NCBI RefSeq assembly: GCF_000017945.1
Contig: NC_009776.1
Span: 780,001 to 812,000 of the forward strand
Length of the DNA stretch: 32,000 bases
Reading direction: 5' to 3'
Origin: Ignicoccus hospitalis KIN4/I
GTDB lineage: Archaea; Thermoproteota; Thermoprotei_A; Sulfolobales; Ignicoccaceae
Shown in pieces: positions 1 through 8,435 of this stretch (position 1 is its first letter; the number at the start of each line of letters is the position of its first letter). The notes below the pieces were generated by a model. That model ran no database searches and was not told where the DNA came from. It saw only the letters and a list, made by a program, of their open reading frames with translations. The translations under genes were made by a program, and so were the position numbers.

Positions 1-924
1 TACCAAGCCGACTTCGAGGTCTTCGGGGCCTCGTCGCCGTACCAAGACTCGGAACTCTTGACCATGCTCCACGAGTACTACGAGAACTTGGGGCTCCCCC
101 ACGAGATACTCCTCGGCAGCGTTAAGGCTCTGAGGGGCGTCCTGTCCGAGGAAGGCATAGAAGAGAGGGACCAAGACGTGGTCCTTCACTACGTAGACAA
201 AGGCATGATAGATAAGGCCTTGGAGCTTGTGGAGAACAAGGCGAGGAGGCCGGAGAGGGCCAAGGAGGCGGTCGCCGTATTGTCGACCAAGGAGGGGGGC
301 GAGGAGGTAATCAAAGAGGGGAAGGAGTTGATGGAGTCTTGGGGCTACAAGTACCGTTTCGAGGACTTAGAAGAGGTGTTGAAGTATCTCCCGGATGACG
401 TGAAGAGTGTAATAAGGTTGAAGTTGGGCTTCGCCCGCGGCTTGGCGTATTACACTGGTTTAATTTATGAAGTAAGGGTGCCGGGGTTCCCGGTGTCGGT
501 GGCCGGAGGGGGGAGGTACGACGCGCTCACGGAGGTTTACGGTTGGGAGAGGGTGCCGGCGACAGGCTTCGCCATAGGTTTGGACAGAACCGCCCTAGCG
601 TTGATGAAAGAGGGAAGGAGGTTCGTGTTCAGACCAACCGTCGCCGTGTTGCCCTTAGCCGAGGAGGCGAGGAAGGTAGCCTTAGAGGTCCAGAGGGAGC
701 TCGCCTCCTTAGACGTAAACTCCTTCTTGCTAACCGAACAGAAGAGTATTAAGAAGGCACTTTCCTTTGCCTCTTCCATGAATGCTAAGGTTGCTATAAT
801 AATAGGGAAGAAGGAGGTAGAGGAGAATAAAGTTACCATAAAGAACTTGGAAAAGGGCCTCCAAGTGAGCTGCGGGCGGGCGGAGCTGTTGGACTGTTTG
901 AGCGAGACGTTGAAAACTCCGTGA
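1..924 (+). CDS. hisS: Histidyl-tRNA synthetase, 5'-truncated at window edge (C-terminal catalytic part plus anticodon-binding domain)
   Basis: Frame is open from base 1 ([22 protein letters not shown]...). Motifs [26 protein letters not shown] and [10 protein letters not shown] are typical of class II HisRS motif 3. Confidence 0.93.
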   Translation, partial: YQADFEVFGASSPYQDSELLTMLHEYYENLGLPHEILLGSVKALRGVLSEEGIEERDQDVVLHYVDKGMIDKALELVENKARRPERAKEAVAVLSTKEGGEEVIKEGKELMESWGYKYRFEDLEEVLKYLPDDVKSVIRLKLGFARGLAYYTGLIYEVRVPGFPVSVAGGGRYDALTEVYGWERVPATGFAIGLDRTALALMKEGRRFVFRPTVAVLPLAEEARKVALEVQRELASLDVNSFLLTEQKSIKKALSFASSMNAKVAIIIGKKEVEENKVTIKNLEKGLQVSCGRAELLDCLSETLKTP

Positions 925-1514
925 GCGAGAACAGCTCTCGGGGGACGCTCTTGAGTTTAGAGAAGCTGGGTCCCGGGAAGGACGCCCCCGAGGTCGTTAA
1001 CGTAGTGATAGAAATACCTATGGGAGGCTACGTCAAGTACGAGATGGACAAAGATACTGGGTTAATAAAGGTGGACAGAGTGCTCTACACCGCTATGTAC
1101 TACCCCTTCAACTACGGCTTCATACCGGGCACGCTGGAAGAGGACGGCGACCCCGTGGACGTCTTGGTCCTGAGCTACGACCCCTTCTACCCCGGCACCT
1201 ACCTAAAAGCCAAGCCGGTCGGCGTGCTCCTCATGGAGGATGAAGAAGGTCCCGACAGCAAGATTATCGCCGTCCCGGTGGAGAAGGTCGACCCGAGGTT
1301 CAAGGACATTAAGGACGTCAACGACATACCACAGATAATAAAGGACAAGATAAAACACTTCTTCGAACACTACAAGGAGCTGGAACCCGGCAAGTGGGTC
1401 AAGATAAAGGACTGGTTACCGAAGGAGGAAGCTTACAAGAAAATAAAGGCGGCCATCGACCGGTATCAACAAAATAAGCGCTCGAGCGCCCTAACGAGCG
1501 GGCAAGGGCAGTGA
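921..1514 (+). CDS. ppa: Soluble inorganic pyrophosphatase, family I
   Basis: Motifs [31 protein letters not shown] and [13 protein letters not shown] start overlaps the hisS stop. Confidence 0.95.
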   Translation: MSENSSRGTLLSLEKLGPGKDAPEVVNVVIEIPMGGYVKYEMDKDTGLIKVDRVLYTAMYYPFNYGFIPGTLEEDGDPVDVLVLSYDPFYPGTYLKAKPVGVLLMEDEEGPDSKIIAVPVEKVDPRFKDIKDVNDIPQIIKDKIKHFFEHYKELEPGKWVKIKDWLPKEEAYKKIKAAIDRYQQNKRSSALTSGQGQ

Positions 1515-1996
1515 TAACCTACGACGTACTCATTTTAACTCTCAGCGGAGTGCTGCTCGCCCACGGGTCCTTCGAGGTCCCCGCGGGGGACTTGTCGTGG
1601 ACCTTCTTCTACCCGTGCCCTCGCTGTGAAAACGTATTGGAGGTTATGTTAACTCCCCCGGAGAAGTTCTTGAACTTCGAGGGCGGAAAGTACGTGGGGC
1701 CCGGGGCCTTGGGCTTCCCAAACGGCATAATACCTTGTAACAAGTACGAGGTGGTTGAAGGGGGCGTCAAGTACTTGGTCTGCGCCCACAAGAACGTAAT
1801 CGTGTACGAGCGCTACCTCAAGGACTTCGCAGTACAGGTGAGCCTGAAGCCCACCTTAAAGGCCCTCGAGCTGGTACCCTTCGTCACCGACCCAGCCAGT
1901 CCTGGCAGTAAGGCAATAGTATCGTTCTTAGCGGCGCTCATAGCCACCTTTTCTGCGGTCGCTTTCCTAAAAAGGCACGAGCTGGTGGTGATGTGA
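1511..1996 (+). CDS. Hypothetical secreted/membrane protein with N-terminal signal-like segment, CPRC motif and C-terminal TM segment
   Basis: Open frame of 161 aa overlapping the ppa stop. Hydrophobic N-terminus and C-terminal [20 protein letters not shown] anchor. Confidence 0.7.
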   Translation: MITYDVLILTLSGVLLAHGSFEVPAGDLSWTFFYPCPRCENVLEVMLTPPEKFLNFEGGKYVGPGALGFPNGIIPCNKYEVVEGGVKYLVCAHKNVIVYERYLKDFAVQVSLKPTLKALELVPFVTDPASPGSKAIVSFLAALIATFSAVAFLKRHELVVM

Positions 1997-1999
1997 GCT

Positions 2000-2476
2000 T
2001 TGTCCTTCCGGCTGACCCCTCTGGAACTCACGGTCTTGCTGTTGAGTGAGAAGGGCTACAGCTTGAAGAAGATAGCAGAGATTTTGAATATGGACGAGGA
2101 CATGTTAGAGGACGTAGTTAAGGAGTTGGTAGAGAAGGGTTTCGCGAAGGAGGTAAAGAAGAAGAAGCTGTTCGGGAGGGAGAGGTACTTGATCTTGACG
2201 GACGAGGGGAAGAGGGCGCTGAGGGAGGTCGCGGAAGTCATGTCCAACGTGCTGGCGAGCGTGAAGGGAATGGTTGAGAAGGGAAATATAGACGGTGCCA
2301 GGGCGTTCTTGTCCAAATACATCGAATACTTGCCATACGCGCCCTTGTTGGGGGTCGCCGAGAGGTCGTTTGTAGAGAGCTTGATTAGGAAGATGGGGTA
2401 CGTGCCGGCATACGCCCCGCCTCAAGAGCTTTATGAAGAGGAGCCCGTGTGGAGCTCTTGGGAGGAGGAGCTTTAG
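2000..2476 (+). CDS. Winged-helix/HTH DNA-binding protein
   Basis: SEKGYSLKKIAEILNMDEDMLEDVVKELVEKGFAKE...YLILTDEGKRAL is a typical archaeal wHTH pattern. Confidence 0.75.
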   Translation: MSFRLTPLELTVLLLSEKGYSLKKIAEILNMDEDMLEDVVKELVEKGFAKEVKKKKLFGRERYLILTDEGKRALREVAEVMSNVLASVKGMVEKGNIDGARAFLSKYIEYLPYAPLLGVAERSFVESLIRKMGYVPAYAPPQELYEEEPVWSSWEEEL

Positions 2477-3417
2477 ATCACTAGCTTGCGCTCCTTACTC
2501 TTCTTAACCACGTCCCTGACTTCCATATTGTGGAGCATTAGGAGCACGTTCTTCAAGTTGTGGACGAATAACATCAACCTGTACTTCAACTTTTCGTCCA
2601 ACTCCCTTTTTTCTATTTCATCCTCAACCATTTCTAATACCTCTATCTTCTCGTCCACCTCGCTCAACCTCTCCCCCGCGCTTTCTATGCTGTGCAAGAA
2701 GTCAACTACTTCCTTGGCTATGTTAAGGACGTCTATGACCTCCTTCCTTCCGTCCCCCAACGACTGGGCTAAGGGCACCAAGCTGTCCGAAGTCATTTCC
2801 AACGACGTCAGCAAGTTTGTCACGAAGATGTCCGGCTCTGAGGACGAGTTCAAAGTACGGAGCGCGAGGCGGTAGAGCTTGTCTACCTCGTTCTCCAACT
2901 CTTGTAGGTACTCGAGTTGGTCCCCTTCTAGCAATTGCCCTATCATTAAGGATATCAAGCCTACGAGCCTCTTGGTCAGCTCCGTCGGGTTCTGTTCGCT
3001 CCCGCTTATGAACGTTTGAAGCACCATCTCGTTGGGCCTTTGCTCCACTATCTCCAACCCTATCAACTGGTTCATAGCGGTCTTGACGTGTTTCATTATT
3101 TGGTATAACAGCGAATTGTTTTCGAATGTTATTCTTATTATGTCCGTGCCGGCTATGTAGGCCGCTATTATAGCTCTGTAGAGACCTTCAACCCTCCCCT
3201 TGACCTCAATTGTAACCGTCACCTTTTCTGAAGAGACCGACGTATCGGGCACTATCTTTATGTAGTTATCTTCTATCACCAAGGTGAGGACGTCGCCGGC
3301 CTTCAGCCCCTTCTTCTTTATCCAGTCCGCGGGAAGCGACACGACTAAGGTAGAACGCCCTAGCCTCACTAACCTCCTTCGTTCTATCAATATCGCCACT
3401 CCGGTATATGCATACAT
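2473..3417 (-). CDS. PhoU-family phosphate uptake regulator with N-terminal AbrB/SpoVT domain
   Basis: N-terminus RRLVRLGRSTLVVSLPADWIKKKGLKAGDVLTLVIEDNYIKI is an AbrB-type swapped hairpin, followed by long helical PhoU-like repeats. Confidence 0.85.
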   Translation of the reverse strand: MYAYTGVAILIERRRLVRLGRSTLVVSLPADWIKKKGLKAGDVLTLVIEDNYIKIVPDTSVSSEKVTVTIEVKGRVEGLYRAIIAAYIAGTDIIRITFENNSLLYQIMKHVKTAMNQLIGLEIVEQRPNEMVLQTFISGSEQNPTELTKRLVGLISLMIGQLLEGDQLEYLQELENEVDKLYRLALRTLNSSSEPDIFVTNLLTSLEMTSDSLVPLAQSLGDGRKEVIDVLNIAKEVVDFLHSIESAGERLSEVDEKIEVLEMVEDEIEKRELDEKLKYRLMLFVHNLKNVLLMLHNMEVRDVVKKSKERKLVI

Positions 3418-3467
3418 TTACACAGATTATTAAAAGAGCCTTCCATAACACGGCCCATGGAAGGAGC

Positions 3468-3692
3468 ATGAAGCTACGCTTGCTGGACGCCGAAGGTATG
3501 GCCATGTCAGGATTGGTGGAGGACGCGAAGATCGTCGAGGTGGGGAAAAACAAAGCTAAAATAGTAGTAGTTACGAACGACGGCGAGGTCTTGGAGACCG
3601 AGGAGGTCGACAAGGAAGTGGCGGCGAAGAGTTACTTCATTATCCTTCAGTACGTAAGGCAGTGGGGAAAGAGGATAAACGTCACCCGATGA
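3468..3692 (+). CDS. Small conserved-looking hypothetical protein (74 aa)
   Basis: ATG at 3468 in frame with the 3408..3692 ORF and preceded by aaggag. MKLRLLDAEGMAMSGLVEDAKIVEVGKNKAKIVVVTNDGEVLE... Confidence 0.6.
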   Translation: MKLRLLDAEGMAMSGLVEDAKIVEVGKNKAKIVVVTNDGEVLETEEVDKEVAAKSYFIILQYVRQWGKRINVTR

Positions 3693-3738
3693 AGATTGGT
3701 ATTACCGGCGACCGGTGAGCGGTGCCCCGGAGCTGAGG
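3683..3738 (+). ncRNA. Candidate C/D-box sRNA (2'-O-methylation guide)
   Basis: Box-like elements cccGATGA (C-like, ends 3692), ccgGTGA (C'-like, 3712-3718) and CTGA (D, 3733-3736). Intervening guide 3696-3707 (ttggtattaccg) is complementary to the universally conserved 16S rRNA segment CGGUAAUACCAG. Confidence 0.45.
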
Positions 3739-3780
3739 CTTTAGAGTTTCCGGGGGCGAGTAAGGGGACGGTAGGAGGTT

Positions 3781-5151
3781 TTGGGAAGGCTCTTCGGCAC
3801 GGACGGAGTGAGGGGAATAACGAACGAGGGGATGACGCCGGAGCTGGCGATGAAAGTTGCCCAAGCGGCGTGTACGTGGTTAGGAGGAGGCAAGGTTCTG
3901 GTCGGGAGGGACGTCCGCTACGGCGGCGACATGCTGGTCTCAGCCGTGCTGGCGGGGCTGAGCTCTTGCGGGTGTGAGCCCTACTATGCTGGCCTCGTAC
4001 CCACGCCCGCGCTGCAGTACGCGGTACCCCGCTTGGGCTACGACATGGGCATAATGGTAACTGCCTCCCACAACCCCCCTCAGTACAACGGCGTGAAGGT
4101 GATAGGCTCGAACGGGGTCGAGGTCCCGAGGGACGCCGAGAGGGAAATAGAAGAGATCATATTCGAGAACAAAGTGCGAAGGGTACCATACTACGAGGTC
4201 AAGGAGGCGAAGCGGGAGGGCAGGGTGCTGGACGTCTATATTGATGGTATCTTGGCCGATATAGACGTACAAAAGGTAAAGAACAAGGAGTTCAAAGTGG
4301 TGGTCGATGGGGCCAACAGCGTCGGCTCCCTCGCCACGCCCTTAGTGCTGAGGAAGCTGGGAGCCAAGGTTCTGTGCTTGAACTGCAACTTGGACCCCTC
4401 TTTCCCCGGCCGTCACCCCGAGCCCACCCCTCAGAGCTTGGAGGAGACCTCCCGCGCAGCCGTAGCCGTGGGGGCCGACTTGATAGTAGCCCACGACGCC
4501 GACGCCGACAGGGCGATAATTGGCGACGAGGCCGGCGAGGTCCACTGGGGCGACCGCTCCGGGGCCTTGCTCACGGAGCACTTGGCAGAGAAGTACCCCC
4601 ACTTACCCAAGAGGACCTTCACGGGCGTCTCCTCTTCCCACATAGTAGTAGACGGCTACCTGAGGCCTAAAGGAATAGAAGTAGTCTGGACCCCCGTGGG
4701 GAGCGTGGTCATAGCACACGAGCTCATCAAGAGGGGAGGAGTGAGCGGCTTCGAGGAGAACGGCGGCTTCATGAATCCCGTCCACCAGCCGGTGAGGGAC
4801 GGTGCCATGACGGCGGCGCTGTTCTTGGAGATGCTCGCCCAGAGGGGCAAGAGGGCCTCGGAGCTGTTCTCGGCCCTCCCCAAGGCCTATGCTATAAAGG
4901 GTAAGGTTTACAGAGGCGAGAAGGAGGAGTTGCGAGGGTTGTACGAGGCCCTCAAGTCCAAGTACCAAGACTGTCAGTTCACAGAAATAGACGGCTTGAA
5001 GGTAGTCTGCGAGAACTTCTGGTTCTTGGTCCGGCCCTCGGGGACGGAGCCGGTGGTGAGGATAATGGTCGAGGCGACGGACCCGAAGAAGGCCAAGGAG
5101 GTCTACTCGGAGCTGGAGAGCTTCGTCAAGGCCTTTCTAGGCTCAACTTAA
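3781..5151 (+). CDS. Phosphoglucosamine mutase / phosphomannomutase family
   Basis: LFGTDGVRG, catalytic MVTASHNPPQYNGVK, DADADRA and RPSGTEPVVRIMVEA. RBS ggaggt directly upstream of the TTG start. Confidence 0.95.
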   Translation: MGRLFGTDGVRGITNEGMTPELAMKVAQAACTWLGGGKVLVGRDVRYGGDMLVSAVLAGLSSCGCEPYYAGLVPTPALQYAVPRLGYDMGIMVTASHNPPQYNGVKVIGSNGVEVPRDAEREIEEIIFENKVRRVPYYEVKEAKREGRVLDVYIDGILADIDVQKVKNKEFKVVVDGANSVGSLATPLVLRKLGAKVLCLNCNLDPSFPGRHPEPTPQSLEETSRAAVAVGADLIVAHDADADRAIIGDEAGEVHWGDRSGALLTEHLAEKYPHLPKRTFTGVSSSHIVVDGYLRPKGIEVVWTPVGSVVIAHELIKRGGVSGFEENGGFMNPVHQPVRDGAMTAALFLEMLAQRGKRASELFSALPKAYAIKGKVYRGEKEELRGLYEALKSKYQDCQFTEIDGLKVVCENFWFLVRPSGTEPVVRIMVEATDPKKAKEVYSELESFVKAFLGST

Positions 5152-5183
5152 ATGCCTCTCCAAGTGCCGCTGCCTAGAAAGAA

Positions 5184-6290
5184 ATGAAGGCGGCGCTCAA
5201 CTGGCTGGGCGACAAGCTGGCCGCTTGGGCCAAGTCGCTCTACGTTCATACGCTGTGGTGGTACTCCATACTTTTTAGCAGGACGTCGGTCATCATAGCG
5301 TTCGTACTGATAACGATAGTAGTCATCAGCTCCATAATATTTCACCACGTCGAGCACAAGTCCCTTTTCGAAGCGATATACTGGGCCATAATAACGGTAA
5401 CCACCGTGGGTTACGGAGACGTCGTCCCCACGAGCTTCCAAGGGAGGCTCTTGGCTCTAGCTCTGGCCTTAAGCGGCTTCGCCGGGCTGACGGCAGCTTT
5501 GAGCATCGCGACGCACTTCATCGTGGAAAAGGCGATAAGGGAAAGGGAGGGTGAGTTAACAGTAAAAGGGACGAGGATAATGATAGTGGGCTCCTCGAGC
5601 GCGTGCGCTTACATAGCTACTCACTTGATACGGGAGGTTGGGAAGAGAGGCAGGATAGTGTGGGTCACGTCCTACGACACCCCGGAGAAGTACGTCATAA
5701 AGGCTAGGGAGGCAAGCGTCGTAATAGTAAAGGGATCCTTGACGGAGGTTGACACTTACGTGAGGGGAGGTATTGAGACGGCCAGCGATATTGTGATATG
5801 CGGTAAGAACGACAAGGAGGGGCTCTCGAGCCTTGCCGTGATAAGGAGCTTGATGGGGAAGAGCTTGTACCCCCCTAGGTTGATATTCATTGCCCACACC
5901 AAGAGGGCCGAGAAGCTCGCCTACCAAGAGTTCGGCGCCGACGTGGTGGTCGCTCTAGACTCCTTAGGCTACCTCTTCAAGGAGTCGCTGACCGACCCCA
6001 CCGCGGCCATGTTCCTCTCCGCCCTCTCGGAGGAGCACCCCAGGTTGGTCGAGGTTAACTTGTTCAAAAAGGGAGGCTTGCTCCTAGCGAAGATAGCTAA
6101 TAACGTGTACGTCTTGGGCAGGAAGGAACGCCTCACGGCACATGAGCTCTCCGACGCCTTAAGTAAGAAGAGGAAGAAGAAGATATACGTGGTGGCCAAG
6201 GTATTTGGATTGAACGAGGTCGTGCCACTGAGGCCCGGCGACTACTTGGAGCCTCACGACGTGGCCGTGGCGGTCGAGTTCGAGGACTAG
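5184..6290 (+). CDS. 2TM potassium channel with cytoplasmic RCK (TrkA-N) domain, MthK-like
   Basis: Pore signature TVTTVGYGDVVPTS between two TM segments, followed by an MIVGSSSACAYIATHLIRE Rossmann-like RCK region. Confidence 0.93.
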   Translation: MKAALNWLGDKLAAWAKSLYVHTLWWYSILFSRTSVIIAFVLITIVVISSIIFHHVEHKSLFEAIYWAIITVTTVGYGDVVPTSFQGRLLALALALSGFAGLTAALSIATHFIVEKAIREREGELTVKGTRIMIVGSSSACAYIATHLIREVGKRGRIVWVTSYDTPEKYVIKAREASVVIVKGSLTEVDTYVRGGIETASDIVICGKNDKEGLSSLAVIRSLMGKSLYPPRLIFIAHTKRAEKLAYQEFGADVVVALDSLGYLFKESLTDPTAAMFLSALSEEHPRLVEVNLFKKGGLLLAKIANNVYVLGRKERLTAHELSDALSKKRKKKIYVVAKVFGLNEVVPLRPGDYLEPHDVAVAVEFED

Positions 6291-7090
6291 AGCTTGATCA
6301 CCGCCAACAAACTCCCGCACATCGCAACCCCCTTGCACTTGGGAGCCCACGAACACGAGTTACATCTGAACGTGAACGTGATTCGCGGCAACTCGCCCAC
6401 GTTGAAGTCTCTATATATCATAACTTTGTTATCGAGGGCTAGGCACAAGTTAGAATTACACCACTTAGCATCTTTGCCCCTCCCACGGACTTCCATTAGT
6501 TTGACGTAGTTTTCATGCTCTCTTTCAAATTTTAGTATTTGTACCTCGTCGTTGAACACTACGAGCCACTCCAAGTCCGGGGTCCAGCGAACCTTGCTCA
6601 AGTCCCATTGGTAGCTGTGGTGTGCCAACACTTCTCCGCTCTCACTCAATATTATTAGGTTATACTTGCCGGCCACCGCCAGCAAGCTGCCGCTCTCGGT
6701 CCTCTCCAAGCGGACCACCGGCAACTCCTCCGCTACCCTGATCTCCTTAACCACTTTCCCTTCTTTCACTATCAGTATCCTCCCGTCTTCCGTGCCCACG
6801 GCGAAGCCGCCGTCCACGCCGACGACGCTGAGGGCTCCTTCCAGCTTCACCGATCTCTCCTTTACGTTCTCCAACCCTTCGGAGAAGTCCAACATCATTA
6901 ATCTTTTTTTAGAAACCGCCCCCAACACCTTGCCGCTCCAACCCAAGTCGCTGAACTTGGTTAGGCCCCCCTTGACCACGTACCTCCCGTCTAGGTCTAG
7001 AACGCCTACTCCGAAGGTCTCTCTTAGGACAGCTATGTAGGGACCCCATTCGACCTTCGAACACTTAATGTTGAACTTTTTCAACAGCAC
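6287..7090 (-). CDS. Hypothetical protein with repetitive beta-rich (WD40/propeller-like) sequence and C-terminal Cys cluster
   Basis: Repeated short beta-strand patterns (GVGVLDLDG, GFAVGTEDGRILIVKEG, LIILSESGEVL) and FRCNSCSWAPKCKGVAMCG. Confidence 0.6.
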   Translation of the reverse strand: MLLKKFNIKCSKVEWGPYIAVLRETFGVGVLDLDGRYVVKGGLTKFSDLGWSGKVLGAVSKKRLMMLDFSEGLENVKERSVKLEGALSVVGVDGGFAVGTEDGRILIVKEGKVVKEIRVAEELPVVRLERTESGSLLAVAGKYNLIILSESGEVLAHHSYQWDLSKVRWTPDLEWLVVFNDEVQILKFEREHENYVKLMEVRGRGKDAKWCNSNLCLALDNKVMIYRDFNVGELPRITFTFRCNSCSWAPKCKGVAMCGSLLAVIKL

Positions 7091-7110
7091 CTTATCATCA
7101 CCCTAGGCGT

Positions 7111-8403
7111 TTGAATGTGAAGAAGGTGGCGGCCGTCGGCGGACTCGACCCCTCGGGGGGCGCCGGGATAGAGATGGACGTCAAGGTCGGCAGCGCCGTA
7201 GGCGTTCACGTTCACCCAGTGGCGACGGCCATCACTTACCAAACGCCCACCGAGTTCTACGGCTCTAAGTGCACCGATATAGAGGTTCTGGAAGGCCAAC
7301 TCAAGGCCGTAAAGGGAGTGCGGAACTGGAAGCTAGGGATGCTCTGTAACGAAAGGATCGCGGAGACCTTGTTGAAGTACTTAGAAGGGGTGGTTGTGGT
7401 AGATCCCGTACTCAAGGCCACGGCCGGAGGAACGCTCTACGAGGGCAGTCTGGAAACTTACAAGAAGATCTTGTCGGTCTCCTTCGCAGTCACCCCCAAC
7501 GCGCTCGAGGCCGAGGCCCTCACGGGCTTGAGGGTCCGCACGGTGGATGACGCCATAAGGGCGGCAGAGGCCTTGGCAGAGGCGGGCCCTAAACTCGTGG
7601 TAATAACTGGAGGTCACTTGGAGATCTTCGCCGACGTGATATATTACGACGGGTACGTAGAGGTGATAAGGGGGACGAGGAAGGTAACCTCCTTCCACGG
7701 GTCGGGGAGCTTCATGGCCATGGCATTGGCTTCCTACTTGGCGTTGGGGGAGGCCCCGGTGGTCGCCGCGAGGAAGGCCGTGGGCTACACTAGGGTCGCG
7801 CACCTCTTCTCCCAAGGCAAGGAGGCCCTCGATCCCCTGTACCAAATGAGGTACGACGCGGTCAGACACTGTATGTACGAGGAGTACAAGTACTTCATAG
7901 AGTGGCTTGAAAGCTTGCCCTTTGAGAAGGCAAAGAAGATCGCGCCGGAGGTAGGGATAAACGTCGCCTACTCGGTCCCGAAGGAGTTGGTGAGGGGCAA
8001 GGGCTCGGTGCTAGGGGTCCCCGGGAGGCTACGGCTGACCCCCAGAGGCCTTAGGTCTTGTTGCAACCCTTGGTGGGGCCAAGCCGACCACACGGCGCGC
8101 TTGCTGCTGGAGGCCCAGAAGTACAACCCGAAGCTGAGGGTCGCCATGAACATAAGGTACAGCCCGGAGAACGTCGCCGCGCTCTCCGGCGCGGGCTACG
8201 AGGTCTACGAGCTCAAGAGGGAGACCGAGCCGCCGGGGGAGGAGAGTATGAGGTGGGCAGCGAAGAAGGCCTACTCCGACTTGGGCAAGGTGCCGGACGT
8301 CATATACGACAAGGGCTTCTACGGCAAGGAAGCCATGATAAGGTTGCTCACTGAGGGCTTAGAGGAGCTTAAGGAAATGTTGAGGGTAGTCCTCCAGATT
8401 TAA
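7111..8403 (+). CDS. thiDN: Bifunctional HMP-P kinase / ThiN-type thiamine-phosphate synthase
   Basis: N-terminal AVGGLDPSGGAGIEMDVKV and VVVDPVLKATAG (ThiD). C-terminal GINVAYSVPKELVRGKGSVLGVPGRL...ADHTARLLLEAQKYNPKLRVAMNIRY (ThiN). Confidence 0.9.
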   Translation: MNVKKVAAVGGLDPSGGAGIEMDVKVGSAVGVHVHPVATAITYQTPTEFYGSKCTDIEVLEGQLKAVKGVRNWKLGMLCNERIAETLLKYLEGVVVVDPVLKATAGGTLYEGSLETYKKILSVSFAVTPNALEAEALTGLRVRTVDDAIRAAEALAEAGPKLVVITGGHLEIFADVIYYDGYVEVIRGTRKVTSFHGSGSFMAMALASYLALGEAPVVAARKAVGYTRVAHLFSQGKEALDPLYQMRYDAVRHCMYEEYKYFIEWLESLPFEKAKKIAPEVGINVAYSVPKELVRGKGSVLGVPGRLRLTPRGLRSCCNPWWGQADHTARLLLEAQKYNPKLRVAMNIRYSPENVAALSGAGYEVYELKRETEPPGEESMRWAAKKAYSDLGKVPDVIYDKGFYGKEAMIRLLTEGLEELKEMLRVVLQI

Positions 8404-8435
8404 GGAGCCTTTGGGGAGACGCGGCGGCGAAGGCC

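Noticed and set aside
3696-3977. 93-aa plus-strand ORF
   Set aside because: Overlaps the start of the mutase in another frame. The TTG start falls in the sRNA-like sequence and composition is non-coding.
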